In this document: positions 1 through 9,619 of the stretch, one piece after another
Layout: each line of letters starts with the position of its first letter
Position numbering within the stretch: the first letter of the stretch is position 1
Assembly (NCBI GenBank): GCA_947494195.1
Contig: CANLUC010000004.1
Span: forward strand, 122,188 to 186,187
Direction of reading: 5' to 3'
DNA from: an uncultured Nesterenkonia sp.
Lineage (GTDB): Bacteria; Actinomycetota; Actinomycetes; Actinomycetales; Micrococcaceae
Length of the DNA stretch: 64,000 nt
Program-made: the position numbers and the translations under genes
Notes under the pieces: model-generated
Told to the model about the DNA's origin: nothing
The model's database searches: none
The model's input: the letters and a program-made list of their open reading frames with translations, nothing else

Positions 1-1
1 G

Positions 2-355
2 GCATACGCCGCCGCCGATCTGATCATCGCCCGCTCCGGCGCGGCCACCGTCAGCGAGGTGGCCGCGGTCGGGCTTCCCGCCGTGTTCGTTCCGCTGCCG
101 GTGGGCAACGGCGAGCAGGAGCTCAACGCGCGCGAGCTCGTCGCCGCAGGGGGCGCGCTGCTGGTCAAGGACGAACACTTCAACAAGTCCTGGATCCGCC
201 GCAACGTCCTGCCGCTGCTCGAGGACCGGAGCCTGCTCGAGACCATGGAGCAGCAGTCGGCGACGCGCGGAATCACCGATGCCGACGAGCGCATGGCCAG
301 GGCAACGCTGCGCGCCGCAGGTCACGAGCTCGACGATGCGGAGGCGAGTCAGTGA
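2..355 (+). CDS. murG: MurG glycosyltransferase, C-terminal fragment (5-prime end outside window)
   Basis: Frame is open from the window edge. AYAAADLIIARSGAATVSE..LPAVFVPLPVGNGEQELNA is typical of the MurG C-terminal domain. GTGA overlap with murC; dcw synteny. Confidence 0.85.
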   Translation, partial: AYAAADLIIARSGAATVSEVAAVGLPAVFVPLPVGNGEQELNARELVAAGGALLVKDEHFNKSWIRRNVLPLLEDRSLLETMEQQSATRGITDADERMARATLRAAGHELDDAEASQ

Positions 356-1785
356 CGTCTCCGCGCACGCATGCCGCCGAGTCGCCGAACGAACCCTCAG
401 AGGTCGCCGCGCGCCTTGGCCACGTCCATTTCCTCGGACTTGCAGGAGTCGGCGTCTCAGCCGTCGCACGCCTCATGGCCGCCGACGGTGTGCCCATCTC
501 CGGCACCGACGCCAAGGAGCTGCCGGTGCTCGAGGAGTTCCGCCGGGCCGGCGCGGCGGTCCACGTGGGCTACAGCGCAGGAAACCTCGCCGACGCCGAG
601 CGGCAGATCGGGCGACCCATCAGCACCGTGATCGCCTCCTCCATCGCGGCCGCGGGCAACCCCGAATATGACGAGGCGCTGCGCCGGGGCTTGCCGGTGC
701 TGCATCGCTCCGAGGGCCTGGCCGCACTGATGCGGTCCCGCCGCTCCGTGGCCGTGGCCGGGACGCACGGGAAGACCACCACCTCCTCGATGGCCACCGT
801 GCTGCTGGAGCAGGCAGGGCTCTCGCCCACCTTCGCCGTGGGCGCCAATGTGGCAGGCATGGGGGTCAACGCTGCGCTGGGATCCGGGGAGTGGTTCATC
901 GCCGAGGCCGACGAGTCCGACGGCTCGCTGCTGAACTACGCCCCCGAGATCGGCGTGGTCACCAATGTGGAGCCGGATCATCTGGACCACTACGGCACCG
1001 CTGAAGCCGTGGAGCAGGTCTTCGTCGATTTCACCGAACGCATCAGCGACGGCGGCCATCTGGTCCTCTGCGCCGATGATCTCGGTGCGCGCACGCTCCT
1101 GGATTCGGTGCGTGCACCGCTGACCGCGCGCGGAGTGACCATCACCAGCTATGGGACCGCTGCCCAGGCCGATCTTCGGCTCTCCGAGCTGAGCCCCGTC
1201 GGCGGAACGGTCTCCACGGGCTCAGCCTCGGCGCCGCTTCGGCTGGGCGTGCCGGGTCTGCACAACCAGCTCAATGCGCTGGCCGCGATCGCCGTCGGTC
1301 TGCATGCCGGGCTCAGCCTCCAGGCCAGCGCAGAGGCCATCTCCCACTTCCAGGGGACCTCCCGGCGCTTCGAGCTGCGAGGTGAGTTCGACGGCGTGCG
1401 CGTCTATGACGACTACGCCCACCACCCCACGGAGGTCTCCGCCGTGCTGGCGGCTGCCCGGTCCTCACTCACCGGGCCCGGGGCGCGGGTGCATGTGATC
1501 TTCCAGCCCCATCTGTTCAGCCGCACCGCTGCCTTCGCGGAGGAGTTCGGGCAGGCCCTGACCGCGGCGGACACCGTTGCCGTGCTCGAGATCTACCCCG
1601 CCCGGGAAGAGCCGATCGAGGGCGTCACCGCCGAGCTGCTGGGACACCCCGTGCTCAGCTCCGCCGATGCCGTGGCGGCCGTGGTCGGCGCGGCCGAGCC
1701 CGGTGACATGATCATGACCCTGGGAGCAGGAGATGTGACGGCGCTCGGCGCCGATGTCCTCGCTGCCCTTCAGGCGCTGCGATGA
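352..1785 (+). CDS. murC: UDP-N-acetylmuramate--L-alanine ligase
   Basis: Mur ligase P-loop GTHGKTTTSSM. N-terminal HVHFLGLAGVGVSAVA Rossmann motif. ATGA overlap with ftsQ. Confidence 0.95.
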   Translation: MTSPRTHAAESPNEPSEVAARLGHVHFLGLAGVGVSAVARLMAADGVPISGTDAKELPVLEEFRRAGAAVHVGYSAGNLADAERQIGRPISTVIASSIAAAGNPEYDEALRRGLPVLHRSEGLAALMRSRRSVAVAGTHGKTTTSSMATVLLEQAGLSPTFAVGANVAGMGVNAALGSGEWFIAEADESDGSLLNYAPEIGVVTNVEPDHLDHYGTAEAVEQVFVDFTERISDGGHLVLCADDLGARTLLDSVRAPLTARGVTITSYGTAAQADLRLSELSPVGGTVSTGSASAPLRLGVPGLHNQLNALAAIAVGLHAGLSLQASAEAISHFQGTSRRFELRGEFDGVRVYDDYAHHPTEVSAVLAAARSSLTGPGARVHVIFQPHLFSRTAAFAEEFGQALTAADTVAVLEIYPAREEPIEGVTAELLGHPVLSSADAVAAVVGAAEPGDMIMTLGAGDVTALGADVLAALQALR

Positions 1786-2624
1786 GGCTGCGGTTCCGCC
1801 GCACCGCCGCACCCGACGAGGACCGGGAAGCCACCGAGGCTGCGGCTGCCCAGGCCGCATCGGGCGAGGATCAGACCGAGACGCCGCTGGACTTTCCCGA
1901 GCCGGCAGCTGTCACCAGCCGACGACGACGCCGCCGCGCAGCACTGGCCGGGCTGATCACCCTGGCGGTGCTGCTGGGTCTCGTGGCGATGTTGTACTTC
2001 TCGCCGCTGCTGGCGCTGCGCACCATCACTGTGGAGGACAACGACCTGCTCACCGAGGAGCGTGCCCAGGAGCTGCTCGAACCGCTGCTCGGCACTCCGC
2101 TGCCACAGGTCAGCGAGGCTGACGTGAGCATGCTGCTGCAGGACGAGCTCGCCGTCGCCGAGGTCGTCGTCGCAGCGGAGCTTCCCGAAGGACTGCAGGT
2201 CCGGGTGATCGAACACCCGCCCGTAGCCGAGGTCCACGTGGGGGAGGAGATCCACTTCTACAGCCAGGAGGGTGAGGTGATCAGAGTCTTCGAGGACTGG
2301 GAGCGCCCGGACGCCCAGGGCTACGCCACTCCCGAGATCTCCGCCGAGGCCGCCCTGCAGAACGAGTCGGTGTTCAAGACGATCGTCTCGGTGCTGGGTC
2401 AGCTGCCCGAGGGCGCCCGAGACGAGCTGGACTCGGCCACCGCGGAGTCACGCGACAGCGTGCAGCTTCAGCTCGCGGACGGGCGCACGGTGGTCTGGGG
2501 CAGCGACGATCGAGGAGCCGAGAAGGCGTCGGTACTTGAGGCGATCCTCAGCTCGGAGGCGGAGGACTTCGACTCTGCCGATGTCCTCGACATCTCCACT
2601 CCGAGCGCGCCGGTGACGCGGTAG
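1782..2624 (+). CDS. ftsQ: Cell division protein FtsQ (POTRA domain, one transmembrane segment)
   Basis: Basic N-terminus, a TM segment (LAGLITLAVLLGLVAMLYF), then a POTRA-like LRTITVEDNDLL. Sits between murC and ftsZ. Confidence 0.85.
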   Translation: MRLRFRRTAAPDEDREATEAAAAQAASGEDQTETPLDFPEPAAVTSRRRRRRAALAGLITLAVLLGLVAMLYFSPLLALRTITVEDNDLLTEERAQELLEPLLGTPLPQVSEADVSMLLQDELAVAEVVVAAELPEGLQVRVIEHPPVAEVHVGEEIHFYSQEGEVIRVFEDWERPDAQGYATPEISAEAALQNESVFKTIVSVLGQLPEGARDELDSATAESRDSVQLQLADGRTVVWGSDDRGAEKASVLEAILSSEAEDFDSADVLDISTPSAPVTR

Positions 2625-2953
2625 CCGTGACCGACGCGTAGGGTGAGAGGAACGAACGGACCCACCGTGACCGGTCCTCACCCGAGGTCCTCTAAGGTTC
2701 AAGTAAAGCTTGAACGTTGCTGTGGGTTCGCAGGCAACAGAACAATGTCTTAGGTACGGAGGCTCCCGTCCGCTGAAGAGCCGCTGCGACGTCTCGGACT
2801 GCCGCCCACGACCGAACCGATGTACCCGCGAATGACATCGGCACGATCAGGCGGTCCGCGACGGGTGAAGACAGTGAGGAGTCGCGCTGCGGCTTCTGCA
2901 GCGACGGGGGCCTTCGTGCATCTGAGACCAGAGACGAGCAAGGGACACACAAC

Positions 2954-4177
2954 GTGGCATCACCCAATAACTACCTGGCCGTGATCAAGGTCGTCGGCAT
3001 CGGTGGCGGCGGCGTCAACGCCGTCAATCGCATGATCGATGTCGGTCTGCGTGGCGTTGAATTCATCGCCATCAACACTGACGCCCAGGCGCTGCTCATG
3101 AGCGACGCCGACGTGAAGCTCGACGTTGGGCGTGAGCTGACCCGTGGACTGGGCGCCGGTGCCAACCCGGAGGTCGGCCGGCAGGCCGCAGAGGATCACT
3201 CCGAGGAGATCGAAGAGGTCATTCGCGGCGCTGACATGGTGTTCGTCACGGCAGGCGAAGGCGGCGGCACCGGTACCGGCGGCGCACCCGTGGTGGCCCG
3301 CATCGCTCGTTCCCTGGGCGCTCTCACCATCGGCGTGGTCACCCGCCCCTTCACCTTCGAGGGCCGCCGGCGCGCGGGCTCCGCAGAAGAGGGCATCGAG
3401 CAGCTGCGCGACGAGGTCGACACGCTCATCGTGATTCCCAATGACCGACTGCTCTCCATCTCAGACAAGAACGTCTCGGTGCTCGACGCCTTCCGCTCCG
3501 CCGACCAGGTGCTGCTCTCCGGCGTGCAGGGCATCACCGATCTGATCACCACTCCGGGCCTGATCAACCTCGACTTCGCCGACGTGAAGTCGGTGATGCA
3601 GGGCGCTGGTTCGGCCCTCATGGGCATCGGCTCGGCCAACGGCGAGGACCGCGCCGTGAAGGCGGCGGAGCTGGCCATCGCATCGCCGCTGCTGGAAGCC
3701 TCCATCGACGGAGCCCACGGCGTGCTGCTGTCCATCCAGGGCGGCTCTGACCTTGGCCTCTTCGAGATCAATGAGGCAGCTCGGCTCGTGCAGGAGGTCG
3801 CCCACCCGGAGGCCAACATCATCTTCGGTGCCGTCATCGACGACGCACTCGGTGATGAGGCCCGCGTGACCGTGATCGCGGCAGGCTTCGACCAGGTCGA
3901 CGCCACCTCGCGCCCCGCGCAGCCGCTGCAGAACCAGGCGCCCGCCCGCAGCGTGGGCTCCGCAGCTCCCGCCGCCCGCACGGCACCGCCGGTGCCGGGA
4001 ACCGTTCCGATCGCCGCACAGAACGCCGGATCTCAGGACACCGCTCCGCAGCAGCGGGTGGATCCCGCCCGCCGTCGTTCCGAGAACGATGAGCAGCAGG
4101 ACATCCCGGACATCGTGGAGTCGGACTACAACGGTGGTCGCAATGACGATCTCGATGTGCCTGACTTCCTGAAGTGA
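2954..4177 (+). CDS. ftsZ: Cell division GTPase FtsZ
   Basis: [18 protein letters not shown] and the tubulin signature [13 protein letters not shown]. Disordered Pro/Ala-rich C-terminus ending [13 protein letters not shown] start. Confidence 0.98.
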   Translation: MASPNNYLAVIKVVGIGGGGVNAVNRMIDVGLRGVEFIAINTDAQALLMSDADVKLDVGRELTRGLGAGANPEVGRQAAEDHSEEIEEVIRGADMVFVTAGEGGGTGTGGAPVVARIARSLGALTIGVVTRPFTFEGRRRAGSAEEGIEQLRDEVDTLIVIPNDRLLSISDKNVSVLDAFRSADQVLLSGVQGITDLITTPGLINLDFADVKSVMQGAGSALMGIGSANGEDRAVKAAELAIASPLLEASIDGAHGVLLSIQGGSDLGLFEINEAARLVQEVAHPEANIIFGAVIDDALGDEARVTVIAAGFDQVDATSRPAQPLQNQAPARSVGSAAPAARTAPPVPGTVPIAAQNAGSQDTAPQQRVDPARRRSENDEQQDIPDIVESDYNGGRNDDLDVPDFLK

Positions 4178-4998
4178 CCCTGCCCCCCGTCTCCGCAGCG
4201 AGGCCCTCACCCTTCTGGTGGCGGCAGAGCATCGGTGGCGGGGTGCACCTGGCCTTCACCTCGGTGGAGGCGGGGAATCTGGCCCGACATGTCGGGCCCC
4301 AGCAGGACGTCGAGACGCATCGGCTCAGGCTCCAGGAGGCGATGGGCGTCCCCGCAGGGTCGCTTCGCTTCCTGGACCAGATCCACTCGGCCCAGGTGTT
4401 AGACGCTGGTGATCTCCCAGCCGCAGCGGCGCCACCAACGAACGACGGAGCCTCCGTGACGGCCCTGACCGAGGACCCCGCGACCGTCCCCACCGGCGAT
4501 GCCTGGGTCTGCTCCGACGGATCCGTTCCACTGGCGATCATGGTCGCCGACTGTCTTCCGGTCCTGCTCCTCGGCCACCGCGATCGGCACGACCCGCAGA
4601 CGGCGCCGGTGACGGCCGCAGCCCACGCGGGACGTCCTGGACTTCTGGCCGGAGTCCTGGAGAACACCGTCGCCGCGATGCGCGACCGCGGCGCCGTCGC
4701 GATCTCCGCCTGGATCGGCCCCGGCGCCTGCGGGAGCTGCTACGAGATCCCCGACGAGATGGTCGCCGAGCTCGCCGCCGATCGACCCGCCCTCGCGTCC
4801 ACCACCAGCTGGGGGACCAGCGCCATGGATCTGCGCGCAGAGGCCGAGCAGGTGCTGGCCCAGGCTGGGGTCACGGTGGCGCCGCTCGTCGGCTGCACGC
4901 TGGAGGACCCCTCCCTGTTCTCGCACCGCCGCGACCCCGGGCGGGGGCGGTTCGCCGGACTCATCTGGATGGACCCGGTGACCCCCTTCCACCGCTGA
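4174..4998 (+). CDS. pgeF: YfiH/PgeF-family laccase-domain protein (DUF152)
   Basis: Motifs [34 protein letters not shown] overlap with the ftsZ stop. Conserved position after ftsZ. Confidence 0.85.
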   Translation: MTLPPVSAARPSPFWWRQSIGGGVHLAFTSVEAGNLARHVGPQQDVETHRLRLQEAMGVPAGSLRFLDQIHSAQVLDAGDLPAAAAPPTNDGASVTALTEDPATVPTGDAWVCSDGSVPLAIMVADCLPVLLLGHRDRHDPQTAPVTAAAHAGRPGLLAGVLENTVAAMRDRGAVAISAWIGPGACGSCYEIPDEMVAELAADRPALASTTSWGTSAMDLRAEAEQVLAQAGVTVAPLVGCTLEDPSLFSHRRDPGRGRFAGLIWMDPVTPFHR

Positions 4999-5041
4999 GC
5001 CCGGCTGTCGCGAACCCGGCACTCTCGATAGGCTTCCGATC

Positions 5042-5851
5042 GTGGACACCAGCGGACCCAGCCAGAGACTGCGCAGCGCAGCACGGAGACTCGCCGAGAC
5101 AGGGGAGGACCCACGCAGCCAGGAGCTCGCGGAGAACCTCGCCTCGGTCCATGAGCGCATCGACCAGGCCATGGGGGCGGCAGACCGGTCCGATCGTCCC
5201 GCGCTGATCGTCGTCACGAAATTCTTCCCGGCGGCCGATGTGGCACGGCTCTATCGCCTCGGTGTGCGAGACGTCGGCGAGAACCGCGACCAGGAGGCCG
5301 CAGCCAAGGCTGCAGAGGTCCGCGCGCTGCTGAACGCGGAGAATGCGGCGGAACCAGCGGCGGCTGGGCAGGACCTGCATTGGCACTTCATCGGCCAGCT
5401 GCAGTCGAACAAGGCCAAGTCGGTCGTGGGCTACGCCGATCACCTGCACTCGGTGGACCGCGCTTCCCTGATCAAGGCACTGACCAAGACCGCTGAGGCG
5501 CGCTCCGCAGCTGAGGTCACATGTCTGATCCAGGTAGACCTGCGCGACCCGCTTCCCGCCGACGGCAGGGGAGGCGCCGCTCCGGAGCACATCAGCACCC
5601 TTGCTGACGCACTCGACGAGGCGCCCGGGCTCAGACTGGGCGGCCTGATGGCTGTGGCCCCGCTCGAGGAGCCCCCGGCGCCGGCCTTCGCGCGGCTCCA
5701 GGAGCTCTCGGCGACGCTGCGGACGCGCCGACCGGAGGCTGACATGATCTCCGCCGGAATGAGCGGGGATCTCGAGGCCGCCGTCGCCCACGGCGCGACA
5801 CACCTGCGGGTTGGCAGAGATGTCCTCGGTGAGCGTCCGCTTCAGCGATAG
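5042..5851 (+). CDS. yggS: YggS-family pyridoxal-phosphate homeostasis protein
   Basis: [27 protein letters not shown] and [23 protein letters not shown] are YggS/PROSC hallmarks. Confidence 0.88.
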   Translation: MDTSGPSQRLRSAARRLAETGEDPRSQELAENLASVHERIDQAMGAADRSDRPALIVVTKFFPAADVARLYRLGVRDVGENRDQEAAAKAAEVRALLNAENAAEPAAAGQDLHWHFIGQLQSNKAKSVVGYADHLHSVDRASLIKALTKTAEARSAAEVTCLIQVDLRDPLPADGRGGAAPEHISTLADALDEAPGLRLGGLMAVAPLEEPPAPAFARLQELSATLRTRRPEADMISAGMSGDLEAAVAHGATHLRVGRDVLGERPLQR

Positions 5852-5901
5852 TCTCGGAATCGCGCAGTGACATCACAACCTTCCCCCTCAGGAGAATCCT
5901 C

Positions 5902-6567
5902 ATGGCCGGTGCCTTCAAGAAGACCATGATCTACCTCGGCCTGGCCGACGGAGACGACTACAGCGAGGACCACTTCACCAAGGAGCCCTCGAGCACGACG
6001 CAGAGCACCCAGGGTTCCACCGCGGATTCTGCCCCGATCAGCCGCGGAGGATCCGCTTCGGCGACCTCCGTGCGCGAAGCCCCCACCTCGACCGGCGCCA
6101 CCTCGACCGCCGCAGGCCGCGGAAGCGAAGTCGTGTCACTGGGTGTAGCTTCCGAACACACCGAGACCACCACCCATGCAGGACAGTACAACAGCTCCAA
6201 CTTGGCGGTGGATCCGGATTACCGCGCTCCGGTGACCCCGATCAAGCGAGCTCCCTCATCCCGGGATGAAAGTTCACCGATGCGAAAAATCACCACCGTC
6301 CACCCGCGCTCCTACAACGACGCGAAGGTCATCGGAGAGTCCTTTCGGGACAGCATCCCGGTGATCATGAACGTCACCGATATGGGAGAGGCCGAGGCCA
6401 AGCGCCTCGTCGACTTCTCCGCCGGACTCGTCTTCGGCATGGGTGGGTCGATCGAGCGCGTGACCAACAAGGTGTTCCTGCTCACCCCGAAGAACGTCGA
6501 GGTGCTGGCTGAAGAGCGAGCCGCCGCAGAGACTCCGTCCTCGGCCCAGTTCTTCAACCAGAGCTGA
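5902..6567 (+). CDS. sepF: Cell division protein SepF
   Basis: N-terminal membrane-targeting [14 protein letters not shown], a long Ser/Thr-rich linker, and a C-terminal SepF core ([35 protein letters not shown]). Confidence 0.9.
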   Translation: MAGAFKKTMIYLGLADGDDYSEDHFTKEPSSTTQSTQGSTADSAPISRGGSASATSVREAPTSTGATSTAAGRGSEVVSLGVASEHTETTTHAGQYNSSNLAVDPDYRAPVTPIKRAPSSRDESSPMRKITTVHPRSYNDAKVIGESFRDSIPVIMNVTDMGEAEAKRLVDFSAGLVFGMGGSIERVTNKVFLLTPKNVEVLAEERAAAETPSSAQFFNQS

Positions 6568-6587
6568 ACCAAGTACTGTTTTCAGCT

Positions 6588-6875
6588 GTGGATCTCTTTA
6601 CTGCGCCCCTGTACCTGCTGCTGACGATCTACCAGTTCGCGCTGGTGATCCGGATCATCTTCGACCTCACTCAGCAGTATGCCCGCAGCTGGCGACCCAA
6701 GGGCTTTGCGCTGATGCTCGCTGTCGGCGTGTATTCCATCACCGACCCGCCGATCCGGTGGATCCAGCGCAAGGTTCCGCCGCTGAATCTGGGCGGCGTA
6801 TCCCTGGACATGGGGTTCCTGCTGGTCTTCCTGGTCATCGTGATCGCCAAGATGGTGCTGCGCGGCTTCGCCTGA
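6588..6875 (+). CDS. yggT: YggT-family membrane protein
   Basis: 95 aa with two hydrophobic segments. YQFALVIRIIFD and ITDPPIRWIQRKVP are typical YggT motifs. Lies between sepF and divIVA. Confidence 0.8.
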   Translation: MDLFTAPLYLLLTIYQFALVIRIIFDLTQQYARSWRPKGFALMLAVGVYSITDPPIRWIQRKVPPLNLGGVSLDMGFLLVFLVIVIAKMVLRGFA

Positions 6876-7031
6876 GCACTCCGCCCCGCTGCGCGGCGCC
6901 GCCGGGCGTCTCCTGCTGAAAGCCCGGCTTGAAGGTTGAAGTCGAGGGCCGTCAGACGCAGTGGGTATGCTGGTCGTTGACCCAAAGACCAGCTTCACAG
7001 CTTCCCCAGCCACTCGATGAGGTGACACCGC

Positions 7032-7967
7032 ATGGCCCTGACTCCTGACGATCTCCTGAACAAGGAATTCCCTGAGACCAAGTTCCGTCCCGGTTACGAC
7101 AAGGACGAGGTCGACGACTTCCTCGACGAGGTCGTCGTCGAATGGCGACGACTGACCCAGGAGAACGAGGATCTCACCGCCAAGGTCGCGGCCCTCGAAG
7201 AGCAGCTTGAGGAGAACCCGGCGAACCTTGAGCCGGACGAGCTCAAGGACGCGGGCCTCTCCGGATACGCCGGCACCAGCTCCACGATGACCGGCTCGAT
7301 CGACCGGATCAGCGATGAGCAGGAGCCGAAGGCCGACTCGTCCGCCACCGCGTACCCCGAGTACGAGCTGGGCACCCGTCCCGCCCAGGAGCGGCCTCAA
7401 GAGTCCGCCGGGGCAGATCACGCGGCCTCGGCCACCGGTGTGCTGGCCATGGCGCAGAAGCTGCACGACCAGTACGTCTCCGAGGGCGAGCAGACCCGCG
7501 CGGCCTACATCGCTGAGGGTGAGTCCAAGCGAGCAGAGTACCTGGCAGAAGGTGAACAGACCCGCGAGGCCTACATCGCCGAGGGCACGCAGACCCGCGA
7601 GGCCTACATCGCTGAAGGTGAGTCCACGCGCGCTGAGTACATCGCCGAGGGCGAGACCCGCCGCGATGAGCTGATCAGCGCTGCAGAGAGCACCCACGCA
7701 CAGCTGCTGGCGGAGGCCGAGCGTCGCCGGAACGAGATCGTCACCGACGCCGAGACGCGCGCCGAGAACATGATCGAAGAGGCCGAGCTCACCTCCACGC
7801 GCACGCTCAACGCGCTGGAGCGCAAGAAGGCGGACCTCGAGTCCAAGGTCGGGGAACTCACCAGCTTCGAACGCGACTACCGCGCCCGGCTCAAGGACTA
7901 CATCGAGGGCCAGCTCGCGGACCTGAACAGCCGCGGCTCCATCGAGAAGGAAGCCACCGGCGCCTGA
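7032..7967 (+). CDS. divIVA: DivIVA/Wag31 polar growth scaffold
   Basis: The N-terminal lipid-binding domain MALTPDDLLNKEFPETKFRPGYDKDEVDDFLDEV is diagnostic. The rest is coiled coil. Confidence 0.92.
   Translation: MALTPDDLLNKEFPETKFRPGYDKDEVDDFLDEVVVEWRRLTQENEDLTAKVAALEEQLEENPANLEPDELKDAGLSGYAGTSSTMTGSIDRISDEQEPKADSSATAYPEYELGTRPAQERPQESAGADHAASATGVLAMAQKLHDQYVSEGEQTRAAYIAEGESKRAEYLAEGEQTREAYIAEGTQTREAYIAEGESTRAEYIAEGETRRDELISAAESTHAQLLAEAERRRNEIVTDAETRAENMIEEAELTSTRTLNALERKKADLESKVGELTSFERDYRARLKDYIEGQLADLNSRGSIEKEATGA
7482..7679 (+). repeat. Six in-frame tandem 33-bp (11-aa) repeats inside divIVA
   Basis: EGEQTRAAYIA / EGESKRAEYLA / EGEQTREAYIA / EGTQTREAYIA / EGESTRAEYIA / EGETRRDELIS, read directly from the translation. 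Confidence 0.9.
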
Positions 7968-8022
7968 CCCGCTCCCTGGGAGTCAGGGCGTTCGCAGGGC
8001 ACCCGACCTGTAGAATTCAACG

Positions 8023-8646
8023 GTGTCTGAACAGCCTGCTCCCGTCCATCAGCGGTCCACGCGAACCCCGTCACGCCGAACTGCCATCCTGGTGGCAGCG
8101 GCACTGGCGGTCTTCGCCTGGGCCGTTGATCAATTAACGAAGATCTGGGTCGAATCCACGATGACGCTGGGGGAGCAGACCGAGGTTCTTCCTCCCGTGC
8201 TCTTCTGGCGATATCACCTCAACCCCGGCGCCGCCTTCTCCATGGGCACCGACCACACCTGGATCTTCACCCTGATCATGTGCCTGGTGCTGGGATACGT
8301 CGTCTTCAAGAGCCGCGCCCTCGGCGGCTCCTGGCTCTGGGCGCTGGGACTGGGCGGACTGGCCGGGGGAGTGGCCGGAAATCTGACGGACCGGATCTTC
8401 CGGGATCCCTCGCTGGGCGGCGAAGGAGTCGCCAGCTTCGGACAGGGACACGTGGTGGACTTCATCGCCGTCCCCAACTTCGCGATCTTCAACATCGCCG
8501 ACTCGTTCATCGTGTGCTCGATCATCGGCATCTGCGCGATGCTGCTCTTCGGGCTGAACCTCGATGGCACCCGCGAGCAGAGCAGCAAGCGAAAGGCTGA
8601 AGGGACGCACGCCGATCCCGAAGCTCAAGAAGAGAAACAGGCATGA
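8023..8646 (+). CDS. lspA: Lipoprotein signal peptidase II
   Basis: Four TM segments. NPGAAFS, VVDFI and FNIADSFI catalytic-region motifs. Confidence 0.9.
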   Translation: MSEQPAPVHQRSTRTPSRRTAILVAAALAVFAWAVDQLTKIWVESTMTLGEQTEVLPPVLFWRYHLNPGAAFSMGTDHTWIFTLIMCLVLGYVVFKSRALGGSWLWALGLGGLAGGVAGNLTDRIFRDPSLGGEGVASFGQGHVVDFIAVPNFAIFNIADSFIVCSIIGICAMLLFGLNLDGTREQSSKRKAEGTHADPEAQEEKQA

Positions 8647-9617
8647 CCGCGCAGGAGAGCTCCGCGCAGACCGCCCAGCAGGTCGACGTGCCCGAGGCAC
8701 TGGACGGTTCGCGCGCCGACGCGGTGCTCGCCAGCCTCTTCGAGGTCTCCCGCACGGAGACCACCCAGTGGCTCAAGGACGGGCTGGTCACCTGGGCGCA
8801 GGACCGGACCCAGGGCCGAGCCGCAGGCCGATCCGTGAAGAAGTCGGACAGGCTCCAGGCCGGAGCCCTGCTCAGCGTGCTGGTGCCGGAGTCGCACGAC
8901 CCCCTGGAGGTGAGGATCGAAGCCGTGGAAGATATGTTCCTGCTGCACGAGGACGACGACGTCGTCGTCGTGGACAAGCCCGTCGGTGTGGCGGCGCACC
9001 CTTCGCCAGGGTGGACCGGCCCCACCTTGATCGGCGGTCTGCTGGCCGCAGGGGTGGAGATCTCCACCTCCGGAGCCCAGGAGCGCAGAGGCATCGTTCA
9101 CCGGCTCGACGTCGGCACCTCCGGGGTGATGGTCGTGGCCAAGACGGAACGCGCCTACACCACGCTCAAGGATGCCTTCCGACAGCGCAGCACGAAGAAG
9201 ACCTACCACGCGCTCGTCCAGGGGCTGCCCGATCCGGTGGACGGGACCATCGATGCGCCTATCGGTCGCCACCCGGGCCACGACTGGCGTTTCGCCGTGC
9301 TCGAGGGAGGGCGGGAGTCCCGCACCCACTACAAGCTCATCGAGGCGTACGGGCGCGCGAGCCTGCTCGACGTCACCCTGGAGACCGGACGCACCCATCA
9401 GATCCGCGTCCATTTCTCGGCCCTGGCCCACCCCTGCGCGGGAGACCTCACGTACGGAGCCGACCCGCAGCTGGCCGCCGAACTGGGTCTCACCCGGCAA
9501 TGGCTGCACGCGGTGGAGCTCGGCTTCCATCACCCCGGAACCGGAGAATGGGTCAGCTATCGCTCCGACTATCCCGCTGACCTTGCCCAGGCCCTCACAC
9601 TCTTGGAGAACGGCTGA
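8643..9617 (+). CDS. RluA-family (RluD-like) 23S rRNA pseudouridine synthase
   Basis: S4-like N-terminus, catalytic [15 protein letters not shown], and [13 protein letters not shown] overlap with lspA. Confidence 0.9.
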   Translation: MTAQESSAQTAQQVDVPEALDGSRADAVLASLFEVSRTETTQWLKDGLVTWAQDRTQGRAAGRSVKKSDRLQAGALLSVLVPESHDPLEVRIEAVEDMFLLHEDDDVVVVDKPVGVAAHPSPGWTGPTLIGGLLAAGVEISTSGAQERRGIVHRLDVGTSGVMVVAKTERAYTTLKDAFRQRSTKKTYHALVQGLPDPVDGTIDAPIGRHPGHDWRFAVLEGGRESRTHYKLIEAYGRASLLDVTLETGRTHQIRVHFSALAHPCAGDLTYGADPQLAAELGLTRQWLHAVELGFHHPGTGEWVSYRSDYPADLAQALTLLENG

Positions 9618-9619
9618 TC

